Assembly (NCBI GenBank): GCA_937867305.1
Contig: CALMKJ010000204.1
Span: forward strand, 14,403-78,402
Origin: an uncultured Ectothiorhodospiraceae bacterium
GTDB taxonomy: Bacteria; Pseudomonadota; Gammaproteobacteria; JAABTG01
Direction of reading: 5' to 3'
DNA: 64,000 nt
A program made the translations under genes and the position numbers. Below are positions 53,820 through 64,000 of this stretch, one piece after another. Positions within the stretch are counted from its first letter, which is position 1, and each line of letters begins with the position of its first letter. The notes below the pieces were generated by a model. That model was given only the letters and a program-made list of their open reading frames with translations. It had not been told where the DNA came from and ran no database searches.

Positions 53820-54788
53820 TCAGCGGGCGACCAGCTGCCCGCCGTCGATGAACTGCCAGGTCCGCTCGATGTGCAGGATGTCCACCTCCTGCTCGATGTC
53901 CCTCGGAAACGGGGGAAACGGTGCCGCCAGGCGCACGATGCGGATCGCCGCGTCGTCGAGCACCTTGTGCCCCGAGGAGCGGCGCAGCTGGATGTCGTTC
54001 ACCGACCCGTCGGGGCTCACGGCCACGTCGAGGAGCAGATTGCCCGAGAGCTTCTGGCGGCGCGCCTCGTCGGGGTAGTTCAGGTTTCCGACCCGCTCGA
54101 CTTTCGCCCGCCAGGCGTCCATGTAAGCCGCGTACTTGAATTCCCGGGTCCTGGCGTTGATGAACTTGCGCACCGGGCGCTCGGCGTAGGCCTTCAGCTT
54201 GCGGTCGATCTCCGCGTTCAGGGTGGCCATCTCGAGGCTGCGCGCCACCAGCAGGTCGGCGGAGAGGTTGGGCGCCGGCTTCACGACGGGCTCGGGGCGA
54301 CGGTCCGGGCGAGGCCGCGGGACCGGGTGGGGCTCCTTGCGCTCGGCGACCTCCGGGGGCGCCTTCTGCTCGGACCCCGCCTGGGTGAGGACGGCCCGGT
54401 CCGGCGCGGCGGGCTCCGGCTCGGGCGGGGTGGGCTGGGGGGGTGGCGCGGCAGACGGAATGACCGCCTCCGGACCGACGAAGGGGGCCGGCAGCGGCAC
54501 CGAAGGCCGTTCCGGCTTCTCGCTCTCCCCGCCACCCTCCTGATTCGCCTGGGCCAGGAAGTCTGCCTTGTCCGGGGCCTTCTCGGCCTTGCTCGCGACC
54601 AGGATCACGTCCAGGGTGCTGGCGCCGGGCGCGGGGCGCGAGGGGGGCGAGAAGCTCACCCCGAACACGACGGCCGCGTGCACGGCGGCGGCCACGAGCA
54701 GCGCCCGCCCCAGGCGCTCGGGCGCGGGGTCGGTGTCGAAGGGGGCGCGGGAGCCCGCGGCGAGGGCGCTGCTCGTGGCCGTGGCCAT
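53820..54788 (-). CDS. TonB-family energy-transducer-like protein
   Basis: N-terminal TM ([15 protein letters not shown]), a Pro-rich spacer ([15 protein letters not shown]...[17 protein letters not shown]) and a C-terminal TonB_C-like domain ([48 protein letters not shown]). Start 54788 or 54818. Confidence 0.7.
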   Translation of the reverse strand: MATATSSALAAGSRAPFDTDPAPERLGRALLVAAAVHAAVVFGVSFSPPSRPAPGASTLDVILVASKAEKAPDKADFLAQANQEGGGESEKPERPSVPLPAPFVGPEAVIPSAAPPPQPTPPEPEPAAPDRAVLTQAGSEQKAPPEVAERKEPHPVPRPRPDRRPEPVVKPAPNLSADLLVARSLEMATLNAEIDRKLKAYAERPVRKFINARTREFKYAAYMDAWRAKVERVGNLNYPDEARRQKLSGNLLLDVAVSPDGSVNDIQLRRSSGHKVLDDAAIRIVRLAAPFPPFPRDIEQEVDILHIERTWQFIDGGQLVAR

Positions 54789-54853
54789 TCTTTGCTCCGT
54801 CGACGCTTCCGCATACACTGCGGGGGGTTCGAGACCCGACCGCCCGCCAGCCC

Positions 54854-55780
54854 ATGGATATCCTGCGCATCGCCACCCGAAAGAGCCCGCTCGCCCTCTG
54901 GCAAGCCGAACACGCCGCCGAGAGGCTGCGCCAAGCCCATCCGGGCCTCACCGTCGAAGTCGTCGCCATGACCACCCGGGGCGACCGGATCCTCGACGTT
55001 CCGCTCGCCAAAGTGGGAGGCAAGGGACTCTTTGTCAAGGAGCTCGAGCAGGGCCTGCTGGACGGATCGGCCGACATCGCCGTGCACTCCATGAAGGACG
55101 TGCCGGTGGACCTGCCCGAGGGACTGCACCTGCCCGTGGTGCTGACGCGCGAGGACCCGCGCGACGCCTTCGTCTCCGTACGCTACCAGCGGCTGGACGA
55201 CCTGCCCAGGGGGGCGGTGGTGGGCACCTCCAGCCTGCGCCGCCAGGTCCAGCTCCTGGAGCGGCGACCGGACCTGCGCATCGAGTCGCTGCGGGGCAAC
55301 GTGGGCACCCGGCTCGAGAAGGTGGACCGGGGGGTCTATGACGCCATCGTGCTGGCGAGCGCGGGCCTGAAGCGCCTCGGGGCCGCGGAACGCATCCGCG
55401 AGGCCATCTCCCCCGACGTCCTGCTGCCGGCCATCGGCCAGGGCGCCATCGGGGTGGAGTGCCGGCAGGGCGACGCCCGGGTCGAGGCGCTGATCGCGGT
55501 GCTGCACGACCCGGAGACCGCGGTGCGGGTGCAGGCCGAGCGCGCCCTGAACGCGCGCCTGGCCGGTGGCTGTCAGGTGCCGATCGCCGGCCACGCGGAA
55601 CTGGACGGGGACCGCGTGCGTCTGCGCGGGCTGGTGGGCCGGCCCGACGGCTCGTTCGTGGTGCGTGGGAGCGTCGCAGGACCCCGGGCGGCCGCCCGGG
55701 CCCTCGGCGAAACGCTGGCCGAGGACCTGCTCGCCCGGGGAGCGGCGGAGGTCCTGCACGAACTGGCAGGGGATGACTGA
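54854..55780 (+). CDS. hemC: hydroxymethylbilane synthase (porphobilinogen deaminase)
   Basis: [20 protein letters not shown]...TTRGDRILD...[21 protein letters not shown]...GTSSLRR matches HemC. Confidence 0.95.
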   Translation: MDILRIATRKSPLALWQAEHAAERLRQAHPGLTVEVVAMTTRGDRILDVPLAKVGGKGLFVKELEQGLLDGSADIAVHSMKDVPVDLPEGLHLPVVLTREDPRDAFVSVRYQRLDDLPRGAVVGTSSLRRQVQLLERRPDLRIESLRGNVGTRLEKVDRGVYDAIVLASAGLKRLGAAERIREAISPDVLLPAIGQGAIGVECRQGDARVEALIAVLHDPETAVRVQAERALNARLAGGCQVPIAGHAELDGDRVRLRGLVGRPDGSFVVRGSVAGPRAAARALGETLAEDLLARGAAEVLHELAGDD

Positions 55781-56600
55781 GAGCAACGCCGCGCGCGCCG
55801 CCCGGGAGCCTCTGCCGCTCGCGGGGCTCGGCGTGGTGGTGACCCGCCCCGCGGCCCAGGCCGGGCCGATGGTCGAGCGGCTCGAGGCCCTCGGCGCCCG
55901 GGTCGTCCGGCTCCCGCTGCTCGCCATCGAGCCGCCCCTCGACCTCGAGGCGGCCCGCGCCATGGTGCGCGCGGCCGCCACCTGCGACCTCGCGGTCTTC
56001 GTCAGCACGAACGCCGTCGACCACGGGCTTGCGCTCCTGCGCGAGACCTGCGGCGGCGTACCGGCCGGCATGCGCCTTGCGGCCATCGGCCTCGCCACGG
56101 CACAGGCCCTCCAGGCCCAGGCGCGGGCCCCCGACCTCGTCCCGGCCGGCGGCTTCGACAGCGAGTCCCTGCTGGCGTTGGAAGAGCTCCAGGCGGAACG
56201 GGTCCAGGGGCGGCGCGTGGTGATCTTCCGCGGCAACGGGGGCCGGGAGAAGCTCTCCGCCACCTTGCGGGCGCGGGGGGCGGAGGTCCTGTACGCGGAG
56301 GTGTACCGCCGGGCGCGCCCCCCGGTGGACGCCGAGGCGCTCCGAACGCTCGGCGAGGCCGGGCGGATCGACGCCGTCGTCGTCACCAGCGGCGAGTCCC
56401 TGGAGCACCTGTTCGAGGCCTTCCCCCGCCCGCCCCACCACTGGCTCGACCGGGCCGCGCTGGTCGTACCGAGCGCCCGGATCGGGGAGGCGGCACGGCG
56501 GCACGGACACCCCTTGGAACCCGTGGTCGCGAGCGAGGCCGGCGACGAGGCGCTCGTCCTGGCCCTCGTCCGCTGGCAGCAGACCAGGAGCGGGGCATGA
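55777..56600 (+). CDS. hemD: uroporphyrinogen-III synthase
   Basis: [54 protein letters not shown]... matches HemD. The ATG overlaps the hemC stop (ATGA). Confidence 0.8.
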
Positions 56601-57037
56601 CAGCACACGGAGCGAAGGCAGCAAACACGAACCGGCTGAGCGTGGGGCTGGTCATGGTGACCCACGGCCAGGTCGGGGAGTCGCTGCTCGAGGTGGCGGT
56701 GCGCATGCTCGGGAAGTGCCCCCTGCCGGTCGAGGTCATCCGGGTGGGCACCGATGCGGACCCGGACGAGCTCCGGGAGCAGGTGCGCCAGCGCGTCGAC
56801 GCGGTCGACCAGGGGCGGGGCGTGCTGGTGCTGACGGACATGTACGGCGGGACCCCGAGCAACATCGCGCGCAGCCTCTGCGATGGCCGGCGGGTACACG
56901 TGATCGCGGGCCTCAACCTGCCGATGCTCATCCGCGTGCTGAACTACCCTCAGCTCGACGCCACCGCGCTCGCGGCCAAGGCCATCAGCGGGGGACGCAA
57001 GGGCATCCTCGAGACCAAGGCGGAAGAGCATGTCTGA
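56597..57037 (+). CDS. PTS EIIA(Man)-family protein
   Basis: VGLVMVTHGQVGESLLEVAVRMLG has the active-site His in VTHG context, as in EIIA-Man (PF03610)-type proteins. It precedes ptsH-ptsI. Confidence 0.8.
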   Translation: MTAHGAKAANTNRLSVGLVMVTHGQVGESLLEVAVRMLGKCPLPVEVIRVGTDADPDELREQVRQRVDAVDQGRGVLVLTDMYGGTPSNIARSLCDGRRVHVIAGLNLPMLIRVLNYPQLDATALAAKAISGGRKGILETKAEEHV

Positions 57038-57308
57038 GGAGGTGACGCGCACGGTGACGGTGGTCAACCGGCTCGGCATCCATGCCCGGGCGGCCGCGAA
57101 GTTCGTCACCCTCGCCTCGCGCTTCGACGCCGAGATCCAGGTGCGCAACAGTCGGCGGGCCGTGAACGGCAAGAGCATCATGGGCGTGATGATGCTGGCC
57201 GCGGCCAGGGGCACCCGGATCGAGCTCCTCGCCCGGGGCCCCGAGGCCGCGAGCGCCGTCGAGGAGCTGGTCCGGCTCGTCACCGACCGTTTCGGGGAGG
57301 AGGAGTGA
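57030..57308 (+). CDS. ptsH: phosphocarrier protein HPr
   Basis: VVNRLGIHARAAAKFV (His15) ... NGKSIMGVMMLAAARG (Ser46 region). Confidence 0.92.
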   Translation: MSEEVTRTVTVVNRLGIHARAAAKFVTLASRFDAEIQVRNSRRAVNGKSIMGVMMLAAARGTRIELLARGPEAASAVEELVRLVTDRFGEEE

Positions 57309-59071
57309 CCTTCGCGCTGCAGGGTCTCTGCGCCGGCAAGGGGATCGCCATCGGCCGGCTCTACCTGGCGGACAAGGGCCAGCTGGAGGTGACCGAGTAC
57401 ACCCTAAACGCCCCCGAGGTCGAAAGCGAAGTGGAGCGTTTCCGGCAGGCCCTGGATACCGCGCGCTCCGAGCTCTTGTCGGTCCGCCAGCACATCCCCC
57501 CCGGGACCCCCGCCGAGATCGCCGCCTTCCTCGAGGCGCACCTCCTGATGCTCGAGGACAGCGCGCTGACCCGGGCACCGGAGGAGCTCATCCGGGAGCG
57601 GCGCTGGAACGCGGAGTGGGCCCTGAAGGTCCAGCGCGACAGCCTGGCCGCGGTCTTCGAGGAGATGGACGACCCGTACCTGCGCACGCGCAGGGACGAC
57701 GTGGACCACGTCGTGGGGCGCATCCAGCGCATCCTGCTGCGCCACGACCGCCCCCGGCCCGACGCGGGGGACAGCGGACTCGCGGGCACCGTCGTCTTTG
57801 CCCGCGACCTCACGCCGGCGGATGCCGTGCTGCTGCAGCAGCAGGGGATCCTCGGCTTCGTCACCGAGCTCGGCGGACCCACCTCCCACACGGCGATCCT
57901 GGCCCGCAGCCTGCGCCTTCCCGCGCTGGTCGGCCTTCACCAGGCCCGGTCCTACCTGCGGGAGAACGACCTCGTCGTCATCGACGGCCGGGCAGGCGTC
58001 CTGCTGGTGGACCCGGACCCCCGGCTGGTGCGCTTCTACCAGGGCCGTCAGCGCGACATCCAGCGCCACCGCACTGCGCGCCAGAAGATCGCCAGCGCGC
58101 CGGCGCGCACCGCCGACGGCCAGGACATCTCGCTGCGGGCCAACATCGAGCTGCCGGAAGACGTCCAGAGCGCCCGCCGTGCGGGTGCGGCGGGCGTGGG
58201 CCTGTACCGCACCGAGTACCTCTTCATGAACCGGCAGACGCCACCGGGAGAGGAGGAGCAGTACGAGGCCTATGCCTCGGTGGCCCGGGCGATGCGCGGG
58301 GCCCCGGTGACCATCCGCACCCTCGACATGGGCGCGGACAAGGGCTTCCTCTCCCCCCGGGAGGGTCGGCCGTCCCCCAATCCGGCCCTCGGCCTGCGGG
58401 CGATCCGCCTCTGCCTGCGGGAGCCGGCGATGTTCCGCGACCAGTTGCGTGCGATCCTGCGGGCCTCGGCCCACGGCGCCGTCCGGTTGCTCGTCCCCAT
58501 GATCTCGGGCCTGCAGGAGTTGCAGCAGGTGCTGGCCCTGCTGGCGGAGGTCCGACTCTCGCTCGAGCGCGAGTCGCTGCCCTTCGACCCGGCCATGCCC
58601 ATCGGCGCCATGATCGAGGTCCCGGCCTCGGCCGTCTGCGCGGACCTCTTCGCGCGCCGCATGGACTTCCTGTCCATCGGCACCAACGACCTGATCCAGT
58701 ACACGCTCGCCATCGACCGCGTGGACGACGAGGTGAACTACCTGTACGACCCCCTGAACCCGGCGGTCCTGCGGCTCATTCAGCAGACCCTGCGGGCAGG
58801 CCGGCGCGCGGGCGTCCCGGTGGCGATGTGCGGAGAGATGGCAGGCAACCCCCGCTACACCCGGCTCCTGCTCGGGCTCGGGCTGCGCGAGTTCAGCGTC
58901 CCGCCGAACGCCCTGCTGGAGGTCAAGCAGGTCCTCGCGGCGAGCGACGCGCAGCGCCTCGCCGCCATGGTGCGGCGTCTCATGCGCACCTCGGCGCTCG
59001 AGGCCCGCGCAGAGCTCGCCGAGGCCATCAACAACGCCAGCGTCCCCCAGTCCACCGCCCCGGCGCCCTGA
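57305..59071 (+). CDS. ptsI: phosphoenolpyruvate-protein phosphotransferase (PTS enzyme I)
   Basis: GGPTSHTAILARSLRLPALVG (His189 region), RTEYLFM and SIGTNDLIQYTLA match EI. Confidence 0.93.
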   Translation: MTFALQGLCAGKGIAIGRLYLADKGQLEVTEYTLNAPEVESEVERFRQALDTARSELLSVRQHIPPGTPAEIAAFLEAHLLMLEDSALTRAPEELIRERRWNAEWALKVQRDSLAAVFEEMDDPYLRTRRDDVDHVVGRIQRILLRHDRPRPDAGDSGLAGTVVFARDLTPADAVLLQQQGILGFVTELGGPTSHTAILARSLRLPALVGLHQARSYLRENDLVVIDGRAGVLLVDPDPRLVRFYQGRQRDIQRHRTARQKIASAPARTADGQDISLRANIELPEDVQSARRAGAAGVGLYRTEYLFMNRQTPPGEEEQYEAYASVARAMRGAPVTIRTLDMGADKGFLSPREGRPSPNPALGLRAIRLCLREPAMFRDQLRAILRASAHGAVRLLVPMISGLQELQQVLALLAEVRLSLERESLPFDPAMPIGAMIEVPASAVCADLFARRMDFLSIGTNDLIQYTLAIDRVDDEVNYLYDPLNPAVLRLIQQTLRAGRRAGVPVAMCGEMAGNPRYTRLLLGLGLREFSVPPNALLEVKQVLAASDAQRLAAMVRRLMRTSALEARAELAEAINNASVPQSTAPAP

Positions 59072-59106
59072 CTCCAGGCGCGCCGCACCCCGCCCCCGCA
59101 CAGGCC

Positions 59107-61812
59107 ATGACCCACAATCCCCTCCTGGTCCTGGTGGACGGGTCCTCGTACCTCTACCGGGCCTTCCACGCGTTGCCCTCGTTGACGACCTCCGGCGGCC
59201 AGCCCACGGGGGCCGTCTACGGCATGACCGGGATGCTGCGCCGCCTGCTCGGCGAGTACCACCCGACCCACGCGGCGGTGGTGTTCGACGCCCCGGGGCG
59301 CACCTTTCGCGAGGACCGGTTCCCCGACTACAAGGCCCACCGGGAGCCGATGCCGGAGGAGCTCGTCGCCCAGGTCGGTCCGCTGCAGGACGTGGTGCGG
59401 GCACTCGGCTTCCCGCTCCTCAGCGAGCCCGGCGTGGAGGCCGACGACGTCATCGGGACCCTCGCCCGGCGCGCCGAGGCCGCCGGTTACCGGGTCGTGA
59501 TCTCGACCGGCGACAAGGACCTGGCCCAGCTGGTGAGCGACCGGGTCTCCCTCGTCAACACCATGGACAACACCCGGCTCGACCCGGCCGGGGTGGCGGC
59601 GAAGTTCGGGGTGCCGCCGGAGCGGATCGTGGACTTCCTGACCCTCGTGGGGGACCCCGTGGACAACGTCCCCGGCGTACCCAAGGTCGGGCCGAAGACC
59701 GCCGCGAAGTGGCTGGCGGAGCACGGCTCGCTGGACGGTGTCGTCGCCCACGCCGGGGAGATCTCCGGCAAGGTGGGCGAGAGCCTGCGGGCGAGCCTCG
59801 GGCTGCTGCCCCTGTCCCGGGAGCTGGTCACGGTGCGCTGCGACCTGGAGCTCGCTGTCGGCCCCGAGGATCTGCGGATGGGGCCGCCGGACACCGGGCG
59901 GCTGCGCGAGCTCTTCTCGGGAATGGAGTTCAAGGGCTGGCTCGCCGAGCTGCTCCCCCCGGGGAAGGATGCCCCCGCTGCCGCCGGGGACCCCCCGAGG
60001 GCGCCCGCCGAATACGAAACCGTGCTGACCCGGGAGGACTTCCAGACCTGGCTCGACCGCCTGCGCACCGCCGACCTCTTCGCCTTCGACACCGAGACCA
60101 CGAGCCTCGACTACGTCCAGGCGGAGGTGGTGGGCGTGTCCTTTGCCGTCGAGCCGGGTCGTGCCGCCTACGTGCCCCTCGCCCACGACTACCCCGGTGC
60201 CCCGGCGCAGATCGACCGGGACTGGGCCCTCGGGCAACTCCGTCCCCTGCTCGAGGACCCGGCCCGGGACAAGGTCGGCCACAACCTGAAGTACGACATG
60301 AGCGTGCTCGCGCGCCACGGCGTCGAGCTGCGCGGCATCCGTTACGACACCATGCTCGAGGCCTACGTGCTCGACAGCACCGCGAGCCGCCCCGACATGG
60401 ACTCCATGGCGCTCAAGTTCCTCGGGCACCGCACCATCCGCTACGAGGACGTCGCCGGCAAGGGCAGCACGCAGCTGAGCTTCGACCGGGTCCCCCTGGA
60501 CCAGGCCGCCCCTTACGCGGCGGAGGACGCCGAGGTGACGCTGCGCCTGCACCGGGCGCTGTGGCCGCGCCTCGAGGCCGAGCCGACCCTCGCCCGCCTG
60601 TTCGCCGAGGTCGAGATGCCGCTCGTGCCGGTGCTCTCGCGCATGGAGCGCAACGGCGTGCGCGTGGACCTCGAGGCGCTCGCCCGCCAGAGCGGCGAGC
60701 TGGCGGCCCGGATCGCCGAGCTCGAGCAGGAGGCCTGGCGGCTCGCCGGACAGTCGTTCAATCTGGCCTCGCCGAGCCAGCTCCAGGTCGTGCTCTTCGA
60801 AAAGCTGCAGTTGCCGGTGCTCGAGCGCACCCCCACCGGCCAACCCTCCACCGCGGAGTCCGTGCTCCAGGAGCTGGCGGGACGCGACCGCCTGCCGGAG
60901 GTGATCCTGGAGCACCGGGGGCTCACCAAGCTGAAGTCCACCTACACGGACGCCCTGCCCCAGCGGGTGAGTCCGGTGACGGGGCGGGTGCACACGAGCT
61001 ACCACCAGGCGGTCGCGGTCACCGGCCGGCTGTCCTCCTCTGACCCGAATCTCCAGAACATCCCCGTGCGCACCGCCGAGGGGCGGCGCATCCGCCAGGC
61101 GTTCGTGGCGCCCCCGGGCTACCGGCTGGTCTCGGCCGACTACACGCAGATCGAGCTGCGGATCATGGCCCACCTCTCGGGCGATGCCCGCCTGCTCGCC
61201 GCGTTCGAGGCCGGAGAGGACGTGCACCGGGCGACCGCCGCCGAGGTCTTCGGGGTTCCGCTCGAGGCGGTCTCCCCGGACCAGCGCCGCGCCGCCAAGG
61301 CCATCAATTTCGGGCTCATGTACGGCATGTCCTCCTTCGGCCTGGCCCGCCAGATCGGTGTCGACCGCGCCGCCGCCCAGGACTACGTGGACCGCTACTT
61401 CGCCCGCTACCCCGGGGTGCGGCGGTTCATGGACGCCATCCGCGAGCAGGCGCGCGAGCAGGGATACGTGGAGACGGTGTTCGGGCGGCGGCTGTACCTG
61501 CCCGAGATCCGCTCGCGCAACCGGCAGCGGCGCCAGTACGCCGAGCGCACCGCCATCAACGCCCCGATGCAGGGCACCGCCGCGGACATCATCAAGCGGG
61601 CGATGATCGCGGTGGACCGGTGGCTGCAGCAGAGCCGCTTCCCGGCGCGCATGACCCTGCAGGTGCACGACGAGCTGGTGCTGGAGGTCGTCGAGAGCTC
61701 GGTGGCCGAGTCCGTGGACGCGCTGCGCGACCACATGGCCGGGGCCGCGGAGCTGCGCGTGCCCCTGGTGGTGGACGTCGGCGTCGGCGCCAACTGGGAC
61801 GAGGCGCATTGA
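59107..61812 (+). CDS. polA: DNA polymerase I
   Basis: [24 protein letters not shown] (5'-3' exo), [10 protein letters not shown] (3'-5' exo), [14 protein letters not shown] and [10 protein letters not shown] (pol motifs). The ORF-track start at 57616 is a spurious extension through ptsI. Confidence 0.96.
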   Translation: MTHNPLLVLVDGSSYLYRAFHALPSLTTSGGQPTGAVYGMTGMLRRLLGEYHPTHAAVVFDAPGRTFREDRFPDYKAHREPMPEELVAQVGPLQDVVRALGFPLLSEPGVEADDVIGTLARRAEAAGYRVVISTGDKDLAQLVSDRVSLVNTMDNTRLDPAGVAAKFGVPPERIVDFLTLVGDPVDNVPGVPKVGPKTAAKWLAEHGSLDGVVAHAGEISGKVGESLRASLGLLPLSRELVTVRCDLELAVGPEDLRMGPPDTGRLRELFSGMEFKGWLAELLPPGKDAPAAAGDPPRAPAEYETVLTREDFQTWLDRLRTADLFAFDTETTSLDYVQAEVVGVSFAVEPGRAAYVPLAHDYPGAPAQIDRDWALGQLRPLLEDPARDKVGHNLKYDMSVLARHGVELRGIRYDTMLEAYVLDSTASRPDMDSMALKFLGHRTIRYEDVAGKGSTQLSFDRVPLDQAAPYAAEDAEVTLRLHRALWPRLEAEPTLARLFAEVEMPLVPVLSRMERNGVRVDLEALARQSGELAARIAELEQEAWRLAGQSFNLASPSQLQVVLFEKLQLPVLERTPTGQPSTAESVLQELAGRDRLPEVILEHRGLTKLKSTYTDALPQRVSPVTGRVHTSYHQAVAVTGRLSSSDPNLQNIPVRTAEGRRIRQAFVAPPGYRLVSADYTQIELRIMAHLSGDARLLAAFEAGEDVHRATAAEVFGVPLEAVSPDQRRAAKAINFGLMYGMSSFGLARQIGVDRAAAQDYVDRYFARYPGVRRFMDAIREQAREQGYVETVFGRRLYLPEIRSRNRQRRQYAERTAINAPMQGTAADIIKRAMIAVDRWLQQSRFPARMTLQVHDELVLEVVESSVAESVDALRDHMAGAAELRVPLVVDVGVGANWDEAH

Positions 61813-61897
61813 ACCCACGCGTCCGTCTGGCTACTGTTTGCCGGAAGAGTCGCCCGATCTCCCCGGGGCCCGTGCCCCCCAGACCCAGGGTCGTCCC

Positions 61898-62650
61898 ATG
61901 CTGCTGATACCCGCCATCGACCTGAAGGACGGCAAGTGCGTGCGGCTCCGCCAGGGCCGCATGGAAGACGAGACGGTGTTCTCCGACGACCCCGTGGCCG
62001 TGGCAGGCCGCTGGGTGGGGGCGGGGGCACGCCGGCTGCACATCGTCGACCTGAACGGGGCCTTCGCCGGGCAGCCCCGGAACGCCGCGGTCGTCCACTC
62101 CATCGCCCAGGCCTTCCCCGACCTGCCCATCCAGGTGGGCGGCGGCATCCGCGACGCGGAGACCATCGAGGCCTACCTCGCGGCGGGGGTGCGCTACGTC
62201 ATCATCGGGACCCGGGCGGTGACGACGCCACACTTCGTGTCCGACATGTGCATGCAGTTTCCCGGGCACGTCATCGTCGGGCTGGACGCCCGGGAGGGGC
62301 AGGTGGCAGTGGACGGCTGGTCGAAGCTCTCGAGCCACGACGTGGTGGACCTCGCGCGCCACTTCGAGCAGGACGGCGTGGAGGCCATCGTCTACACGGA
62401 CATCAACCGGGACGGCATGCTCTCGGGCGTCAACGTGGAGGCCACCGTAAGGCTCGCTCGCGCCATCCACGTCCCCGTCATCGCCTCGGGCGGGATCCGC
62501 ACCCTCGAGGACGTGCGGGCACTCTGCGCGGTCGCGGACGAGGGTATCGCCGGCGCGATCACCGGCCGGGCCATCTACGAGGGGACGCTCGACTTCGCCG
62601 AGGGTCAGGCACTGGCCGACGCCCTGACCGGACGGCCAGGCAAAGTGTGA
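61898..62650 (+). CDS. hisA: 1-(5-phosphoribosyl)-5-[(5-phosphoribosylamino)methylideneamino]imidazole-4-carboxamide isomerase
   Basis: [60 protein letters not shown]...IQVGGGIR...[13 protein letters not shown] matches HisA. The start is the internal ATG. Confidence 0.85.
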   Translation: MLLIPAIDLKDGKCVRLRQGRMEDETVFSDDPVAVAGRWVGAGARRLHIVDLNGAFAGQPRNAAVVHSIAQAFPDLPIQVGGGIRDAETIEAYLAAGVRYVIIGTRAVTTPHFVSDMCMQFPGHVIVGLDAREGQVAVDGWSKLSSHDVVDLARHFEQDGVEAIVYTDINRDGMLSGVNVEATVRLARAIHVPVIASGGIRTLEDVRALCAVADEGIAGAITGRAIYEGTLDFAEGQALADALTGRPGKV

Positions 62651-62807
62651 GGAGCCTGTCGCAGTCGCGGCGGGCGCGGGGCTCGACCGGGGTGGGCGGA
62701 CCACCCCCGCGTCTAATGCGGCAGGGCAGAAGGTCGCTATCTTTACCGCTGCCGGCCCCTGCGTCGCGGGGAAGGCCGGCCAACTCAGGCTGCAGGTGAG
62801 GCGCCAA

Positions 62808-64000
62808 GTGGAACTCCAGTTCGAGATCGCGGGCAATCAGATCGACGGGGCGCGCGACTATCAGGAAGACACCTTCCTCATCACCCACCTGGGCCAGGGG
62901 GAGGACGCGAACGCCGCCTCCCTCGTGATCGTCGCCGACGGCATGGGCGGGCACGCCGCGGGGAACGTCGCGAGCAACATCGCCACCTCGACCTTCCAGA
63001 AGACGTTCGCCGGACTCTACCCGACGGAGGACATCCCCAGCGCCCTCAAGCAGTCCCTGCTCGCTGCGAACGACGCCATCCGCGCCGCCGTGAAGGAAAC
63101 GCCCGCGCTCCAGGGCATGGGCTGTACCCTGGTCGCCGCCCTCCTCGCCCGCGGCCGGCTCTGGTGGGTGAGCGTCGGGGACAGCCACCTCTACCTGCTG
63201 CGCGACCGCCAGTTGCTGAAGAAGAACGCCGATCACAGCTACGGCGGCTACATCAAGCGGATGAAGGAGATGGGGGCGGACGTGGAGCCCGACCCCAATC
63301 TGTCCTCCAACATGCTCATGAGCGCGATGATCGGTGAGGAGATCGCCGACATCGACCTGTCCGAGACGCCGCTCACGCTGCTTCCCGGCGACCGGGTGCT
63401 GCTCGCGACCGACGGGCTCGACACCCTCGGGCAGGGCGCCGTCATCCAGCACTCGGCCTGGTCGTCCACCGCCAGGGATTGCGTGGGCACCCTGCTGAAG
63501 GCGGTCGAGGACGCCGGCCAGCCGCGCCAGGACAACACCTCCGTGGTCTGCGTGGACGCCAGGACCCGCGAGGCGCGCAGCGAGAAGCACGAGCCGGCGG
63601 CATCCCCGGCCCGCACGGAGGCGGCGACCGCCGCTCCCGCGGGCGCACATGCGCCCGTGGACGAGGGGGACATCCCCGAGCTCGAGCCGGTCGAGGACGC
63701 GGAGGCGGAAGAGGAGACGGAGTGGACACCGGCGCCCTTCCCGAAGCGGCCCTGGACCCCGGAGCCCCCGGCGACGCGGCGCCGGCGCGGGGTCCTGCCC
63801 TGGGTGGGGGTCGCCATGGTGATCCTGGGGGCAGGGGCGCTCGCCTACCTCTGGCACACACGGGCCACACCCCCCTCCTCTGCGGCGCCCGCGCTGTCGG
63901 TCCCCGCCCCGGTGGCCCAGACCACGGTGCCGGAGGGTGCCGAGGGCAAGGCCGGCGCGCAGCCTCAACCAGCGCCCGAGCCCTCGGCGGTCCCCGAGCC
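62808..64000 (+). CDS. PP2C-family Ser/Thr protein phosphatase with C-terminal TM segment and Pro/Ala-rich tail (3' end outside window)
   Basis: Not in the ORF track because there is no stop before the window end. GTG start: VELQFEIAGNQIDGARDYQEDTFLI...LVIVADGMGGHAAGNVAS...WWVSVGDSHLYLLRD...LLATDGLD are PPM motifs. They are followed by a GVLPWVGVAMVILGAGALAYLW TM helix and a PAPVAQTTVPEGAEGKAGAQPQPAPEPSAVPE tail. Confidence 0.75.
   Translation, partial: MELQFEIAGNQIDGARDYQEDTFLITHLGQGEDANAASLVIVADGMGGHAAGNVASNIATSTFQKTFAGLYPTEDIPSALKQSLLAANDAIRAAVKETPALQGMGCTLVAALLARGRLWWVSVGDSHLYLLRDRQLLKKNADHSYGGYIKRMKEMGADVEPDPNLSSNMLMSAMIGEEIADIDLSETPLTLLPGDRVLLATDGLDTLGQGAVIQHSAWSSTARDCVGTLLKAVEDAGQPRQDNTSVVCVDARTREARSEKHEPAASPARTEAATAAPAGAHAPVDEGDIPELEPVEDAEAEEETEWTPAPFPKRPWTPEPPATRRRRGVLPWVGVAMVILGAGALAYLWHTRATPPSSAAPALSVPAPVAQTTVPEGAEGKAGAQPQPAPEPSAVPE

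Noticed and set aside
57616-59106. 5' part of the 1398-aa ORF annotated 57616..61812
   Set aside because: This is an upstream in-frame extension of polA that runs through ptsI in another frame. The PolA homology begins at the ATG at 59107 ([24 protein letters not shown]).

Overview
This 64 kb window is a very GC-rich (about 68-70%) chromosomal segment of a gammaproteobacterium. It consists almost entirely of core housekeeping genes, and gene order is strongly Pseudomonas-like. Four blocks match Pseudomonas gene order: argH-algZ(fimS)-algR; algQ/rsd and bioA; rpmB-rpmG-radC-coaBC-dut-algC-argB; and yggU-yggT-proC-yggS with divergent pilT-pilU, followed by pyrC'-pyrB-pyrR-ruvX(yqgF)-yqgE-tonB-hemC-hemD. 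The window also carries the macromolecular-synthesis operon rpsU-yqeY-dnaG-rpoD followed by an ileX-like tRNA(CAU), as in E. coli. I support about 75 protein genes, 2 tRNAs and several intrinsic terminator hairpins. No CRISPR array, IS element, integrase or toxin/defence gene is visible. Many very long ORFs in the supplied track are GC-driven antisense or alternative-frame artefacts; examples are 752..2224 and 14236..16020, plus the 5' extensions of real genes such as 57616..61812. I could not identify a clear-cut novel system, so the findings below are scored modestly. The most notable are listed here.
- A translationally coupled orphan receiver plus MBL-fold hydrolase pair.
- A tRNA-bracketed two-gene islet between the thiSG neighbourhood and the rpoD operon.
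- A third tandem PilT/PilU paralog.
- An orphan PyrK-like flavoprotein appended to a pyrR-pyrB-pyrC' operon whose PyrC' is visibly non-catalytic.
- A long membrane-anchored AlgC isoform.
- An orphan hydrogenase-maturation-type endopeptidase coupled to argH.
- A PP2C phosphatase-TM-Pro-rich protein truncated at the window edge.
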